DNA of 64,000 nt from Parcubacteria group bacterium (GCA_943350175.1 CALQZX010000004.1:7214-71213), one strand, 5' to 3'. Shown: positions 40,082 to 48,100, numbered from the stretch's first letter. Notes: generated by a model not told the origin, from the sequence alone. A program made the numbers and translations.

Positions 40082-41350
40082 ATGAATGAACAAGCATCTC
40101 TTATAACAAGTAGCGACAGACTCCAAATTATAGATCATTTAAATTTGCCGAAAGTTAACATCGGTTCTGAAGAGAGAAGTCGAAAACTTTTAGAACCAAT
40201 AAGAGTATCGCCAGAGCTATGGAGAAAGGCTGCTGAGATAGGAGGCAGAATTTCTGAATTAATCGATAAATTACCCAACTTACTTAAAGATTTTGAGAGT
40301 GCAAAAAATCTTTTTGGCATTACCGAAGAAGTATATAAAACAAGAATTGAACCGTTCTTAAAAATGCCATATCACGTATTATATTTTGGAGTTGATGCCG
40401 TGGTGTCAAATGGCGAAATAAAAATTGTTGAAATTAATCCACAAGCTGCTTCTTTGGGACGCTATGACGAACAGAATAGGCAAATAATTGGTGAAAAAGA
40501 TCCCAATTCATCAATAAGTCCTGCATTATTAGAAGCCATTAATGAAATCTTGCCTCAAAATAAAAGACCTTTGATTATTTCTCACCCAAGCAATGCTTTC
40601 CATGCCAATCATCAGCTTCTGGCACAACAAATAGGCTGCCAAATTGCAACACTGCAAGATTTAGAAGTCTCTGCTAGTGGTCAAATTCACATCAGTGGAA
40701 AAGAAATTGGATTACTATTTAAACAATTTAGCACCAATAACTTATTCGATCAAAGTATTTGTCCAAAACCATTATTTGATGCAATTCAAAACGGAAAAGT
40801 ATTATTAGCTAATAGTCCACTATTTCCATTTTTTGGAGACAAGGTATTTCTTGCAAAATTAGCTGAGTTAGATCCAATGCTTTCCCAGTATTTACCAAAA
40901 ATGGAAGTAATTAGATCAGACGCATCGAGCACTCTTTTTAAAAACATGGGTAAATGGCTGAAAGGCGAAACAAGAGGAGGAAAAGAGATTACATTGGAAC
41001 TTGCAGAATATCGTGGCGGATGGAAACAGAAAGTAATAGAAGCGATAGTAGCAGGTGATTATGAAGCAGCGATCAAAGCAATACCGGATGGATTAACAAG
41101 CAAAACAGCCGAAAGACTCAAGCAATACGCATTAGACGTACATCTCCATGGCACCAACTCTTGGCTTTTACAAGATCATTATCCTCCACAACAAGTAACA
41201 AATTCTGATGGCGATAATCTAAATACTCTCCTAAGAATGTATTTTGTTAGAGATAACAAAAAAACGCCAAGCACATTTATTGAATTTTTTGCTGGGGTCA
41301 AATCAAGGGTAAGCGCTGCTGGATTTACAATACCAGTGAGAAGTATTTAA
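40082..41350 (+). CDS. Orphan circularly permuted ATP-grasp-like ligase
   Basis: GVD...KIVEIN precedes DK, W.K, LQD, LRMYF (permuted order); start ATG 40082. Confidence 0.55.
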   Translation: MNEQASLITSSDRLQIIDHLNLPKVNIGSEERSRKLLEPIRVSPELWRKAAEIGGRISELIDKLPNLLKDFESAKNLFGITEEVYKTRIEPFLKMPYHVLYFGVDAVVSNGEIKIVEINPQAASLGRYDEQNRQIIGEKDPNSSISPALLEAINEILPQNKRPLIISHPSNAFHANHQLLAQQIGCQIATLQDLEVSASGQIHISGKEIGLLFKQFSTNNLFDQSICPKPLFDAIQNGKVLLANSPLFPFFGDKVFLAKLAELDPMLSQYLPKMEVIRSDASSTLFKNMGKWLKGETRGGKEITLELAEYRGGWKQKVIEAIVAGDYEAAIKAIPDGLTSKTAERLKQYALDVHLHGTNSWLLQDHYPPQQVTNSDGDNLNTLLRMYFVRDNKKTPSTFIEFFAGVKSRVSAAGFTIPVRSI

Positions 41351-41655
41351 TCTAAATTTCTAAAACCAACATAGGTCATAGCAAGAAGAATGAAAGTAAC
41401 GATGTAAAATTGAAAATGCGAAGGATTTGCCAGGATATTCATCAAGGGAGTGGATTGATTGGAAATTAAATGAAAGACAACGGATAGCGGCAAAGTGAAG
41501 CAAATCCAAGAAATAATGGGGACTTTAATGTGCAATTTGGACATTAGCCAATTTAGAATAGGTGAAATAATTAGAATACCCAGATAAGCAACCACTGTGT
41601 CAAAAATTGCAAACGGTCCTATTTTAAATTGGCGTAAATGTTCCAGAGAAATCAT
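41347..41655 (-). CDS. Small membrane protein
   Basis: LRQFKIGPFAIFD, three TM helices. Confidence 0.7.
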   Translation of the reverse strand: MISLEHLRQFKIGPFAIFDTVVAYLGILIISPILNWLMSKLHIKVPIISWICFTLPLSVVFHLISNQSTPLMNILANPSHFQFYIVTFILLAMTYVGFRNLD

Positions 41656-41664
41656 AGTAAAAGC

Positions 41665-41856
41665 TTAGTAAGCTTTTTTTACGCCGCTTGCTAGTGCTTT
41701 TTCAGCATTGTCTTTGGACATCATTGCACAAACAGTTGTTCCACACTTCTCGTGCTTACCTTTGGCCATAAAGCCACCTTTTTCAGTTTTGTGCATCTCT
41801 GGTGCTGACAACTCAACGCCTTTTTCTTTACATTTAACGCAATATCCTGTGATCAT
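41665..41856 (-). CDS. DUF5679-like small Zn-ribbon protein
   Basis: YCVKCK ... KGKHEKCGT; SD AAGGAAGG. Confidence 0.75.
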   Translation of the reverse strand: MITGYCVKCKEKGVELSAPEMHKTEKGGFMAKGKHEKCGTTVCAMMSKDNAEKALASGVKKAY

Positions 41857-42190
41857 GACCGCCTTCCTTTAATTATTAATTATCTACGTTCCATTGTAAC
41901 GCCTTTTTAGGATTCTCAATACCCTAAATTAGAACCTATTCGAATTCTTTCTTTTCTATAAAATCTTTTGTGTGAGACTGTGTTTCTAAGCTTTTTCTTT
42001 GCTGGTGTTTAATGGCACACCAATAGGCTTCTGTTTCTCCAGCTATTGCTACGAAAATTGTTCTCTAGACATCAGTTTTAAACAAATAGGAGTATGGTAA
42101 AACTGTTTTTTAATTGTAGGAGTTCTGTGATTCATCCTGGCAGTATAGCAGGAAGTTTCAACATGGTGACGGTTGCTCAATTTCTTTACT

Positions 42191-42233
42191 CTCCGACCAA
42201 GCCGTTACACGGAAAAGGCGGATGAGGTGGTTT
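42191..42233. repeat. Cassette-boundary site A (degenerate tRNA-end fragment + core + right arm)
   Basis: ctcc-GACCAAGCCGTTACACGGAAAAGG-cggatgaggtggttt; 24 bp identical to 43549 and 46829. Confidence 0.9.
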
Positions 42234-42247
42234 TTGATAACCAATCA

Positions 42248-42700
42248 TTACCCAACTGGCTCCATTCTGTAGAACATAAGTTCTTGATTGCTATCTATCT
42301 GGGCGAATCTTGGCTTACCTTTTTTCCATTGTCCAAATTCATAATGAATCCCATTAATTTTCCCAAGATACAAAGCGACATGAGTAGGTAAACCAAAATC
42401 AAGGTAAACAATGACATTAGAGTTTCCTCTATTGCCCCTATCATCAACATTCACATCGCCGATTGCCCTGAGTGTTTCGCTTCTAATAGAGCCATATTGA
42501 TTTAGAAAATCATCAATACTAACTGCCTTATTTGAATCTTGCATGCCCAAAAGGTACATGGCCAACCCAGAACAAACAGAGTTCTCATGATCTCTGCTAT
42601 TTAATTACTCTAATACCTTAGCGTATACCGATGAGCCGAATATCTCTTGGACTCTATTTAAAAATATATCATGAAATTTAGATTGCTCTTCACCACTCAT
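42248..42700 (-). pseudogene. NlpC/P60-like peptidase with an in-frame stop
   Basis: ATG 42700 is in frame with the listed ORF; single TAA at 42605-07; CSGL and HVALYLG motifs. Confidence 0.65.
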
Positions 42701-42730
42701 AATAATCAGATTATATAAGAAGATGCATTT

Positions 42731-43414
42731 TTATACATGGATTGATTCGCATAATTTAAAAAGAAGTAAGTTGTTATTTTCAAACGACTGCTGCATGAGT
42801 GTGCCCAAATACATGGCCAAGTAATATTCTTGCATATAAAGAAACGACAAACGTTGGTACAAAGTACCCTCACCAGCATCGTGTGGATCATTCATACTAA
42901 AATCCAAAGTAGCTATGCATTTCCTCCTAATTTTTTTGCTAATTTTATTGGGATCATTCAGAGAAACAAGAATCGTATTTAGCGTTACTAAGGTTTCATC
43001 AAATTGAGTTGGTTGGTGACTCTCAGGATCTACACCTGGAATGCGCCCCATTAATGCCTTAACAACCGGATGAGTTCCTCCACCATATTTATATCGTGAT
43101 CCTTTTTCTACAACATCCGTTCCAGCACTGAGTACCTCAATAAAATTATCTAGCCCTAATTCTGTAATGTGTTTTTTTAATGCAATTAAAAACAGTGGGC
43201 TTCTTCCCATATTTTCATCACAAACAATAAGAAATCTGATTTTCCCGTATCGGAATATTCTTTCAGTTAAACTTAGTTCGCACGTGATAATTTGTTTTAA
43301 GATTAGACTTGAATCAATCCCAATCCGTATCAAATCATTAATAAGTCTCTTGATAAAATTGGTTTTATGAGTAGATTCAGCTCCTGTGCAGCACTCTTTT
43401 AAAGACGGCGACAT
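42731..43414 (-). CDS. LMW-PTP/ArsC-like CX5R protein (copy 1)
   Basis: VCDENMGRSP, SAGT, H.P.Q, DP; start ATG 43414, 6 nt after TATAAT. Confidence 0.75.
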   Translation of the reverse strand: MSPSLKECCTGAESTHKTNFIKRLINDLIRIGIDSSLILKQIITCELSLTERIFRYGKIRFLIVCDENMGRSPLFLIALKKHITELGLDNFIEVLSAGTDVVEKGSRYKYGGGTHPVVKALMGRIPGVDPESHQPTQFDETLVTLNTILVSLNDPNKISKKIRRKCIATLDFSMNDPHDAGEGTLYQRLSFLYMQEYYLAMYLGTLMQQSFENNNLLLFKLCESIHV

Positions 43415-43455
43415 GGAGGAATTATACACTCAATATTTAGACCACTAACAGCTAC

Positions 43456-43551
43456 TGTCACCAGACTAAACTGTCCAGTTGTGGTTATATAAGTAAAAAA
43501 AAAGATTAATATGTAAAGATAAATTTACTATCTTGAAAAAAGCTCCCCGAC
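43456..43551. repeat. Diverged copy of the ~95-bp tRNA-Asn downstream flank including the tRNA 3' end (sites B-C)
   Basis: Aligns end to end with 47688-47781 (about 75-80% identity by eye), ending GCTCCCCGAC. Confidence 0.9.
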
Positions 43552-43580
43552 CAAGCCGTTACACGGAAAAGGTGGGTGAG
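43549..43580. repeat. Cassette-boundary site C (core + right arm)
   Basis: GACCAAGCCGTTACACGGAAAAGGTGGGTGAG, 32 bp identical to 46829-46860. Confidence 0.95.
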
Positions 43581-43610
43581 AGAGTTTTTAAATAACAAGA
43601 AAATCGCTAT

Positions 43611-45398
43611 CTAATCCGAGAATAAATATAGATATTGCTCGTAGCCCTCCGCTTGCATTTCCTCTTTTGGCACAAAAAGCAGAGATGCGGAATTTGTGCA
43701 AAACCTGCGACCACCCTCTTCTACAGGACCATCATTAAACACATGACCCACATGTCCAGCGTCACTTCGCACTTCAGTACGAGCTGTGGATAAAGAATTA
43801 TCCTCATGAAGTGTCACTGAGTCGTCGTCGATTGTTCTCCAGAAACTTGGCCAACCAGTGCCTGAGTCATATTTATGTGTACTTGAAAAAAGAGGCTTTT
43901 TCGTAACAACATCAACATAAATTCCTTCTGCCTTGTTGTCCCAATATTTGTTGTTGAAGGGCGATTCGGTGCCATTTTCTGCTACGACATGATAAGCGAG
44001 TGGATCTAAATTTTTAAGTTTTTCCGCCATCTCCTCATCGGTATACTCATAATCAGATTTCTGCTTTTCTTCAAGAAATTTTATTGCAGCATCTTTTGCC
44101 CAAGTCTCCTCTATAAAACCAGCTCTACCTGAACCATTTTTATACTGCTCATAGTGATCTTTAGCTTTTTTATAGTAGTCTTGATGATAATCTTCTGCCT
44201 TAAAAAAATCAGAGAAAGGCAATATTTCTGTAGCTACTTCATTATCAAATAAACCGCTATCTTGCAATCTTTTCTTAGAATCAAGAGCGATGTCCTTTTG
44301 CTTGTCATTATGGAAATAGATGGCAGTTGTGTACTGATGACCCTTATCTGCAAATTGTCCTTCCGCGTCAGTTGGGTCGATGTGTGACCAATACATATCT
44401 AGAATCTTTTCGGTTGAGATCGCTTGAGGGTCATAAGTTATTTGAACAGCCTCTCGATGTGAAGTAGCACCTTTTGATACTTTTAGATAAGATGCATCTT
44501 GCTCATTTCCACCTGTATATCCAGAAACCGCATCTATTACTCCTGTCTGCTCTTGGAAATTTGCCTCAGTGCACCAAAAACAGCCACCTGCCAAAGTTAT
44601 TGTTTCATAATTTTTTTTATTCATATTATTCCTTATAGTAGAATCTTCATTTTTTATATTAATCACTGGCGAAAAACGCTCTATCAGTGATTCTTCAAAA
44701 TCGATTGTTGCTCCATAACCAGAATCAAGAATTGCTGTTTCTAGTTTTTTATCGTATCCAGTCAAAATAGCCACTCCAACTAAAATGATAAGCGCTCCAA
44801 ATATCTGTTTTATGCGAGTAGCTGCTCCCATGTGACTAGTAATTTTCTTTACCAGTTGCCCACCAAAAAAAGCGATTAGTAAAAGCGAGATTGCGAGTCC
44901 AATGGTGAAACCTAAGAGATATACAAATCCTAGTAAAAATCCTGCTGGTAAGATGGTGGCGATAATAAATAAATAGGTTGGCGAACAAGTAGTAAAAACT
45001 GGCCCAAGGGCCAATCCAATAAGAGCATCACCAGCGTAGTTTTTTTTACCAAAACCAACGCCCATTACCTTGCTGCCGGCGTCATGAATTTTTTGTACAA
45101 ATGATATTCGCGACCACAAAGACGGAAAGACGATAACAAGACCGACAAGTATGATCACTACACCAGAAAACACATTCCAAAAACTTTGTGGGATATCGAT
45201 GAGAAGTGTTGAGGCTTTCAGAAGAAGCGTGAAGATAACAACCGATACAGAGAGTGATCCTATCACTACTAGCGATCGCCTTGAAATTCGACGATCATTA
45301 GTTTCGGAAGCACCGATGATGACAGGAAGAAGAGGCAGGACACATGGGGCCAGAGCAGTTAGTATGCCTGCCAGTATTGAGATGAGTAAAAAGATCAT
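43611..45398 (-). CDS. msrAB: CcdA-MsrA-MsrB fusion (methionine sulfoxide reductase with membrane electron-transfer domain)
   Basis: CcdA: APCVLP...TTCSP, six TM; MsrA: AGGCFWC, AEDYHQDYY; MsrB: KYDSGTGWPSF, GHVF, RFCTNS. Confidence 0.9.
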   Translation of the reverse strand: MIFLLISILAGILTALAPCVLPLLPVIIGASETNDRRISRRSLVVIGSLSVSVVIFTLLLKASTLLIDIPQSFWNVFSGVVIILVGLVIVFPSLWSRISFVQKIHDAGSKVMGVGFGKKNYAGDALIGLALGPVFTTCSPTYLFIIATILPAGFLLGFVYLLGFTIGLAISLLLIAFFGGQLVKKITSHMGAATRIKQIFGALIILVGVAILTGYDKKLETAILDSGYGATIDFEESLIERFSPVINIKNEDSTIRNNMNKKNYETITLAGGCFWCTEANFQEQTGVIDAVSGYTGGNEQDASYLKVSKGATSHREAVQITYDPQAISTEKILDMYWSHIDPTDAEGQFADKGHQYTTAIYFHNDKQKDIALDSKKRLQDSGLFDNEVATEILPFSDFFKAEDYHQDYYKKAKDHYEQYKNGSGRAGFIEETWAKDAAIKFLEEKQKSDYEYTDEEMAEKLKNLDPLAYHVVAENGTESPFNNKYWDNKAEGIYVDVVTKKPLFSSTHKYDSGTGWPSFWRTIDDDSVTLHEDNSLSTARTEVRSDAGHVGHVFNDGPVEEGGRRFCTNSASLLFVPKEEMQAEGYEQYLYLFSD

Positions 45399-45399
45399 A

Positions 45400-45909
45400 T
45401 TATTGTAATTGTGATACTAAATTTTCTAACTTTGAACCGCCGCTCCATTTTTTAATCAAATTGCCATCTTTATCCACCTGCACCAAAGTATGCTGAGTAG
45501 TAACGCCATATTTTTTCTTTAATTCTGTCTCCTCATCGTAATCAGTTTTAAGGATAGTAAGCCCATCAGGTATATTGGCTGCATTCTTTTCTATATCAGC
45601 ACTCAACCCACGACATGTTGGACACCACGATGCATGAAAAAAGAGGACTACATCGCCAGTTGCTGCCAAAGCAATTTTTTCTGAACCATATGCTTCGTAA
45701 GAACCTGTCCTAGTTGTTTTATTTTTCTCATCTGCGCTACCTTTTTCAATCATTTTTTCTGGTGCTTGTGCTTCAATTGTTGGCACCTCATCTTTAACCA
45801 CCTCAACTTCTTCAACCATATTTTGCACATCTTTTTTATTACTAGAAAAAACAACAAAGCCTATTCCTAAAAAAAATATTATTAGTGCGATCCCAATATT
45901 TTTGTTCAT
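45400..45909 (-). CDS. Membrane-anchored thioredoxin-family protein
   Basis: N-terminal TM, FHASWCPTC, KYGVTTQHT. Confidence 0.88.
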   Translation of the reverse strand: MNKNIGIALIIFFLGIGFVVFSSNKKDVQNMVEEVEVVKDEVPTIEAQAPEKMIEKGSADEKNKTTRTGSYEAYGSEKIALAATGDVVLFFHASWCPTCRGLSADIEKNAANIPDGLTILKTDYDEETELKKKYGVTTQHTLVQVDKDGNLIKKWSGGSKLENLVSQLQ

Positions 45910-45912
45910 TTT

Positions 45913-46206
45913 TTATCTTTCTGTTGAAAATAATTTTAATAATTTAGATAAAGCGTTTGATAATTCATTCTTGGCTGGTAGATAACACATCGTCTGACCC
46001 ATTCTATGACCCTCAACTACACCGTTAGCTGATAGATATGCCAGCTGATGCGAAGTTAGTGACTGAGAGATTTGTGCTAATCTTGAAATTTCATTTACAC
46101 ACAGGTCTTTTTCTGCGTTATAAATAATATATAAAATCTTGAGCCTACTTTTATTGCTCAGCATTTTCATCAATATCACTATTTCTGCTTCGTTTTTTAT
46201 CAGCAT
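45913..46206 (-). CDS. ArsR/SmtB-family regulator
   Basis: LSNKSRLKIL, LCVNEI, SQSLTSHQL, R.GQ. Confidence 0.88.
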   Translation of the reverse strand: MLIKNEAEIVILMKMLSNKSRLKILYIIYNAEKDLCVNEISRLAQISQSLTSHQLAYLSANGVVEGHRMGQTMCYLPAKNELSNALSKLLKLFSTER

Positions 46207-46212
46207 ATTTCA

Positions 46213-46244
46213 AGTTATGAAGATATGTGATTATATTCATAACT
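46213..46244. promoter_or_regulatory. Putative ArsR operator overlapping the -10
   Basis: AGTTATGAA-N14-TTCATAACT; TATAAT on the - strand at 46230-35. Confidence 0.65.
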
Positions 46245-46356
46245 AAATTAATAATAATACGTACGAAAAAATTTTACAATGTCCACATGAATACTTTGAC
46301 AACAATGAAGTGTTGAAACACGAGCAAAAAAATATGAAAATAACTAGAGAATTGGT

Positions 46357-46728
46357 CTATTCAAGCTTCCACCCAAGCAAAGCAAATAAAATAGATTTTT
46401 TTCTTCCTACTATTGGTTCAGCATCAATTTTTAGCACATCTTCTCCCGCAATCTGAACATAGTTTTCAACCCCAGCAGCCGCCACGACTCTTCTTTGCGC
46501 CTGTTTATGACTTCCGCCACCTTTACCACTGGTTATTTCGACATGCATCTCCAGCCCTGTATTTCGATCCACCAAGTAAAAATCTGGAACAGTAACTTTT
46601 TTTAAATTATCACCAAGTTTATTAGCAACTGGCTCTGGAGATCTAATTGGCTTCCCTTCTTGGACATCCAACCCAATTGCCTTGGCATTTTTTCTAAATA
46701 GTCTTTCAGTTATTATCCCTTCTGCCAT
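46357..46728 (-). CDS. Small PD-(D/E)XK nuclease-like protein
   Basis: E..F helix, TVPDFYL, HVEIT, KQAQ. Confidence 0.5.
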   Translation of the reverse strand: MAEGIITERLFRKNAKAIGLDVQEGKPIRSPEPVANKLGDNLKKVTVPDFYLVDRNTGLEMHVEITSGKGGGSHKQAQRRVVAAAGVENYVQIAGEDVLKIDAEPIVGRKKSILFALLGWKLE

Positions 46729-46811
46729 AGATTGTTATTCTACATTAACAAAGCAAGTTAAACATTAAATAAAAATTATAAGTAAAATTGCCAATAAAGA
46801 ATCTGATTCCT

Positions 46812-46867
46812 ACAGCTCATGTCACCATGACCAAGCCGTTACACGGAAAAGGTGGGTGAGGTGGTTT
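46812..46867. repeat. Cassette-boundary site D (left arm + core + right arm)
   Basis: ACAGCTCATGTCACCAT-GACCAAGC-CGTTACACGGAAAAGGTGGGTGAGGTGGTTT. Confidence 0.9.
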
Positions 46868-46945
46868 ATAACATATTCTAAATACACCTCACTCTCCTCA
46901 CCGGCGGTTCTCCTGCAATAAGAGCAGGTAGTATATACCAGCGGT

Positions 46946-47656
46946 ATGAGCATTGAAGAGAATATAGATGAAAATGAATTGCCTCGTAACCAACTTCATC
47001 CGGTAGACGAGTTTTTGCATACTATTCTTTTTAGTTTTGTATTAGACGGTGGTGATAGAATAACATACGATAACTTGAGACATTTGTTTGGGGTTATTGC
47101 TTCATACTACCCCGGCAATAAAGAAAAACTCAGACAAGCTAAACCACAAAAAATTTTAGTGATTTGCGATCAGAATCAAGGTAGAAGCCAAATAGCAGAG
47201 TTTCTCGTTCAGTCATTTGGTGATGTACTAGGCATGAATCTAAAAGTTAAAAGCGCTGGCCAACATGCTACACTTGATAAATATGGAGGTCGGCCTAGTC
47301 CAGTTGTTCGTAAAAACTTAACAAAGTTGGGCATCCCCATTGAAAACGCCACAGTTGATCAGCTTCAAGAAAGCGATATTGACAATGAAACAATAGTAAT
47401 TATATTGAAAAGCTCTTCAGATCTCCCTGAATTTATTTACAATGCTCGTCTTGTTATAGGCGAATATCTAGCAGATCCTTTCCCAGAATCAAAAATTCCA
47501 AAAACTAACGATGAAAGGCTGTTTGAACTATTTGACTCTATTACCTATTTCACGGTCAGCTTTGTATTGAAACTGGCCAAAGCAATTGAAGCTAAAGACA
47601 ATAATCTCAATGACTTCAAAAAATACTTCGCCAGCAAAATTATTCGCAAAAATTAA
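46946..47656 (+). CDS. LMW-PTP/ArsC-like CX5R protein (copy 2)
   Basis: ICDQNQGRSQIAE, KSAG, KYGG, ADPF. Confidence 0.78.
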   Translation: MSIEENIDENELPRNQLHPVDEFLHTILFSFVLDGGDRITYDNLRHLFGVIASYYPGNKEKLRQAKPQKILVICDQNQGRSQIAEFLVQSFGDVLGMNLKVKSAGQHATLDKYGGRPSPVVRKNLTKLGIPIENATVDQLQESDIDNETIVIILKSSSDLPEFIYNARLVIGEYLADPFPESKIPKTNDERLFELFDSITYFTVSFVLKLAKAIEAKDNNLNDFKKYFASKIIRKN

Positions 47657-47687
47657 ACTTACAATTTTGACAAATAAATGCAGTCCG

Positions 47688-47781
47688 TGTCACTAGATCA
47701 AGCTGTCCAGCTGGGGTTATGTAAGTGAAAAAGAATTGATATATGAAGCTAAATTAGCTGTCTTAAAAAATGCTCCCCGAC
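47688..47781. repeat. tRNA-Asn downstream flank carrying site E (left arm + GATCAAGC core)
   Basis: Homologous to 43456-43551. Confidence 0.9.
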
Positions 47782-48100
47782 TAGGACTCGAACCTAGAAC
47801 CTTGAAGTTACATGACACCCTCTTGTTTCCAAGAGGCACGGACTATCTCATCATCCTTTATTTGTCGTCGTACCTAAGTACAACAAAAATAAAGGAGCAG
47901 GGCGCTTAGACAACCGGAGTTGTCACTGGTGTAATCACCTAGTCTCTGCACCTTCTCCATTACTGGAGCTTGGCTCAGGATCAGCTTGTTTACCAAAGTA
48001 AATTTAGCTTTCCCTGAGTTCACCCTGTTTTCATTTCCGCATTGCTGCGAAACGCTGCCAACTAAGACAGCTTCCTGCTCTGCCATTGAGCTATCGGGGA
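47773..48100 (-). tRNA. tRNA-Asn(GTT), intron-containing; exons 48100-48067 and 47810-47773
   Basis: Spliced sequence TCCCCGA TA GCTC AATGGCA GAGC A GGAAG CTGT|TAA CTTCA AGGTT CTAGG TTCGAGT CCTAG TCGGGGA G; CCA not encoded. Confidence 0.93.
47811..48066 (-). ncRNA. Group I intron (256 nt, no internal ORF)
   Basis: P1 GCTGT|C with GGCAGC (U.G at splice site), P3 CAGGGTG/CGCCCTG, P4 CTCAGG/CCTGAG, P7 GACTA/TAGTC, P9 CCTCTTG-GAAA-CAAGAGG, terminal G. Confidence 0.93.

Larger units (their letters stand above)
42195..47780. mobile_element. Tandem array of three integrase-free cassettes at the tRNA-Asn 3' end
   Basis: Repeated hybrid junctions and tRNA 3'-end fragments enclose unrelated accessory genes; mobility is inferred. 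Confidence 0.6.

Noticed and set aside
42173-42391. 72-aa + strand ORF
   Set aside because: It reads through repeat A and is antisense to the NlpC/P60-like frame.
42605-42607. Stop-codon recoding or an alternative genetic code
   Set aside because: The stop is TAA and isolated; conserved genes are intact in code 11 and several end in TGA.
42195-46860. The three 24-32-bp repeats as a CRISPR array
   Set aside because: Spacing is 1.35 and 3.3 kb with whole genes between, and there are no cas genes.
42195-47780. Classical integron with attC sites
   Set aside because: GTTACAC departs from GTTRRRY, no consistent paired RYYYAAC box, no intI, and cargo occurs in both orientations; kept only as an analogy.
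47874-48086. 70-aa ORF as an intron homing endonuclease
   Set aside because: It starts inside the tRNA exon, runs through the ribozyme core and has no LAGLIDADG, HNH or GIY-YIG motif.
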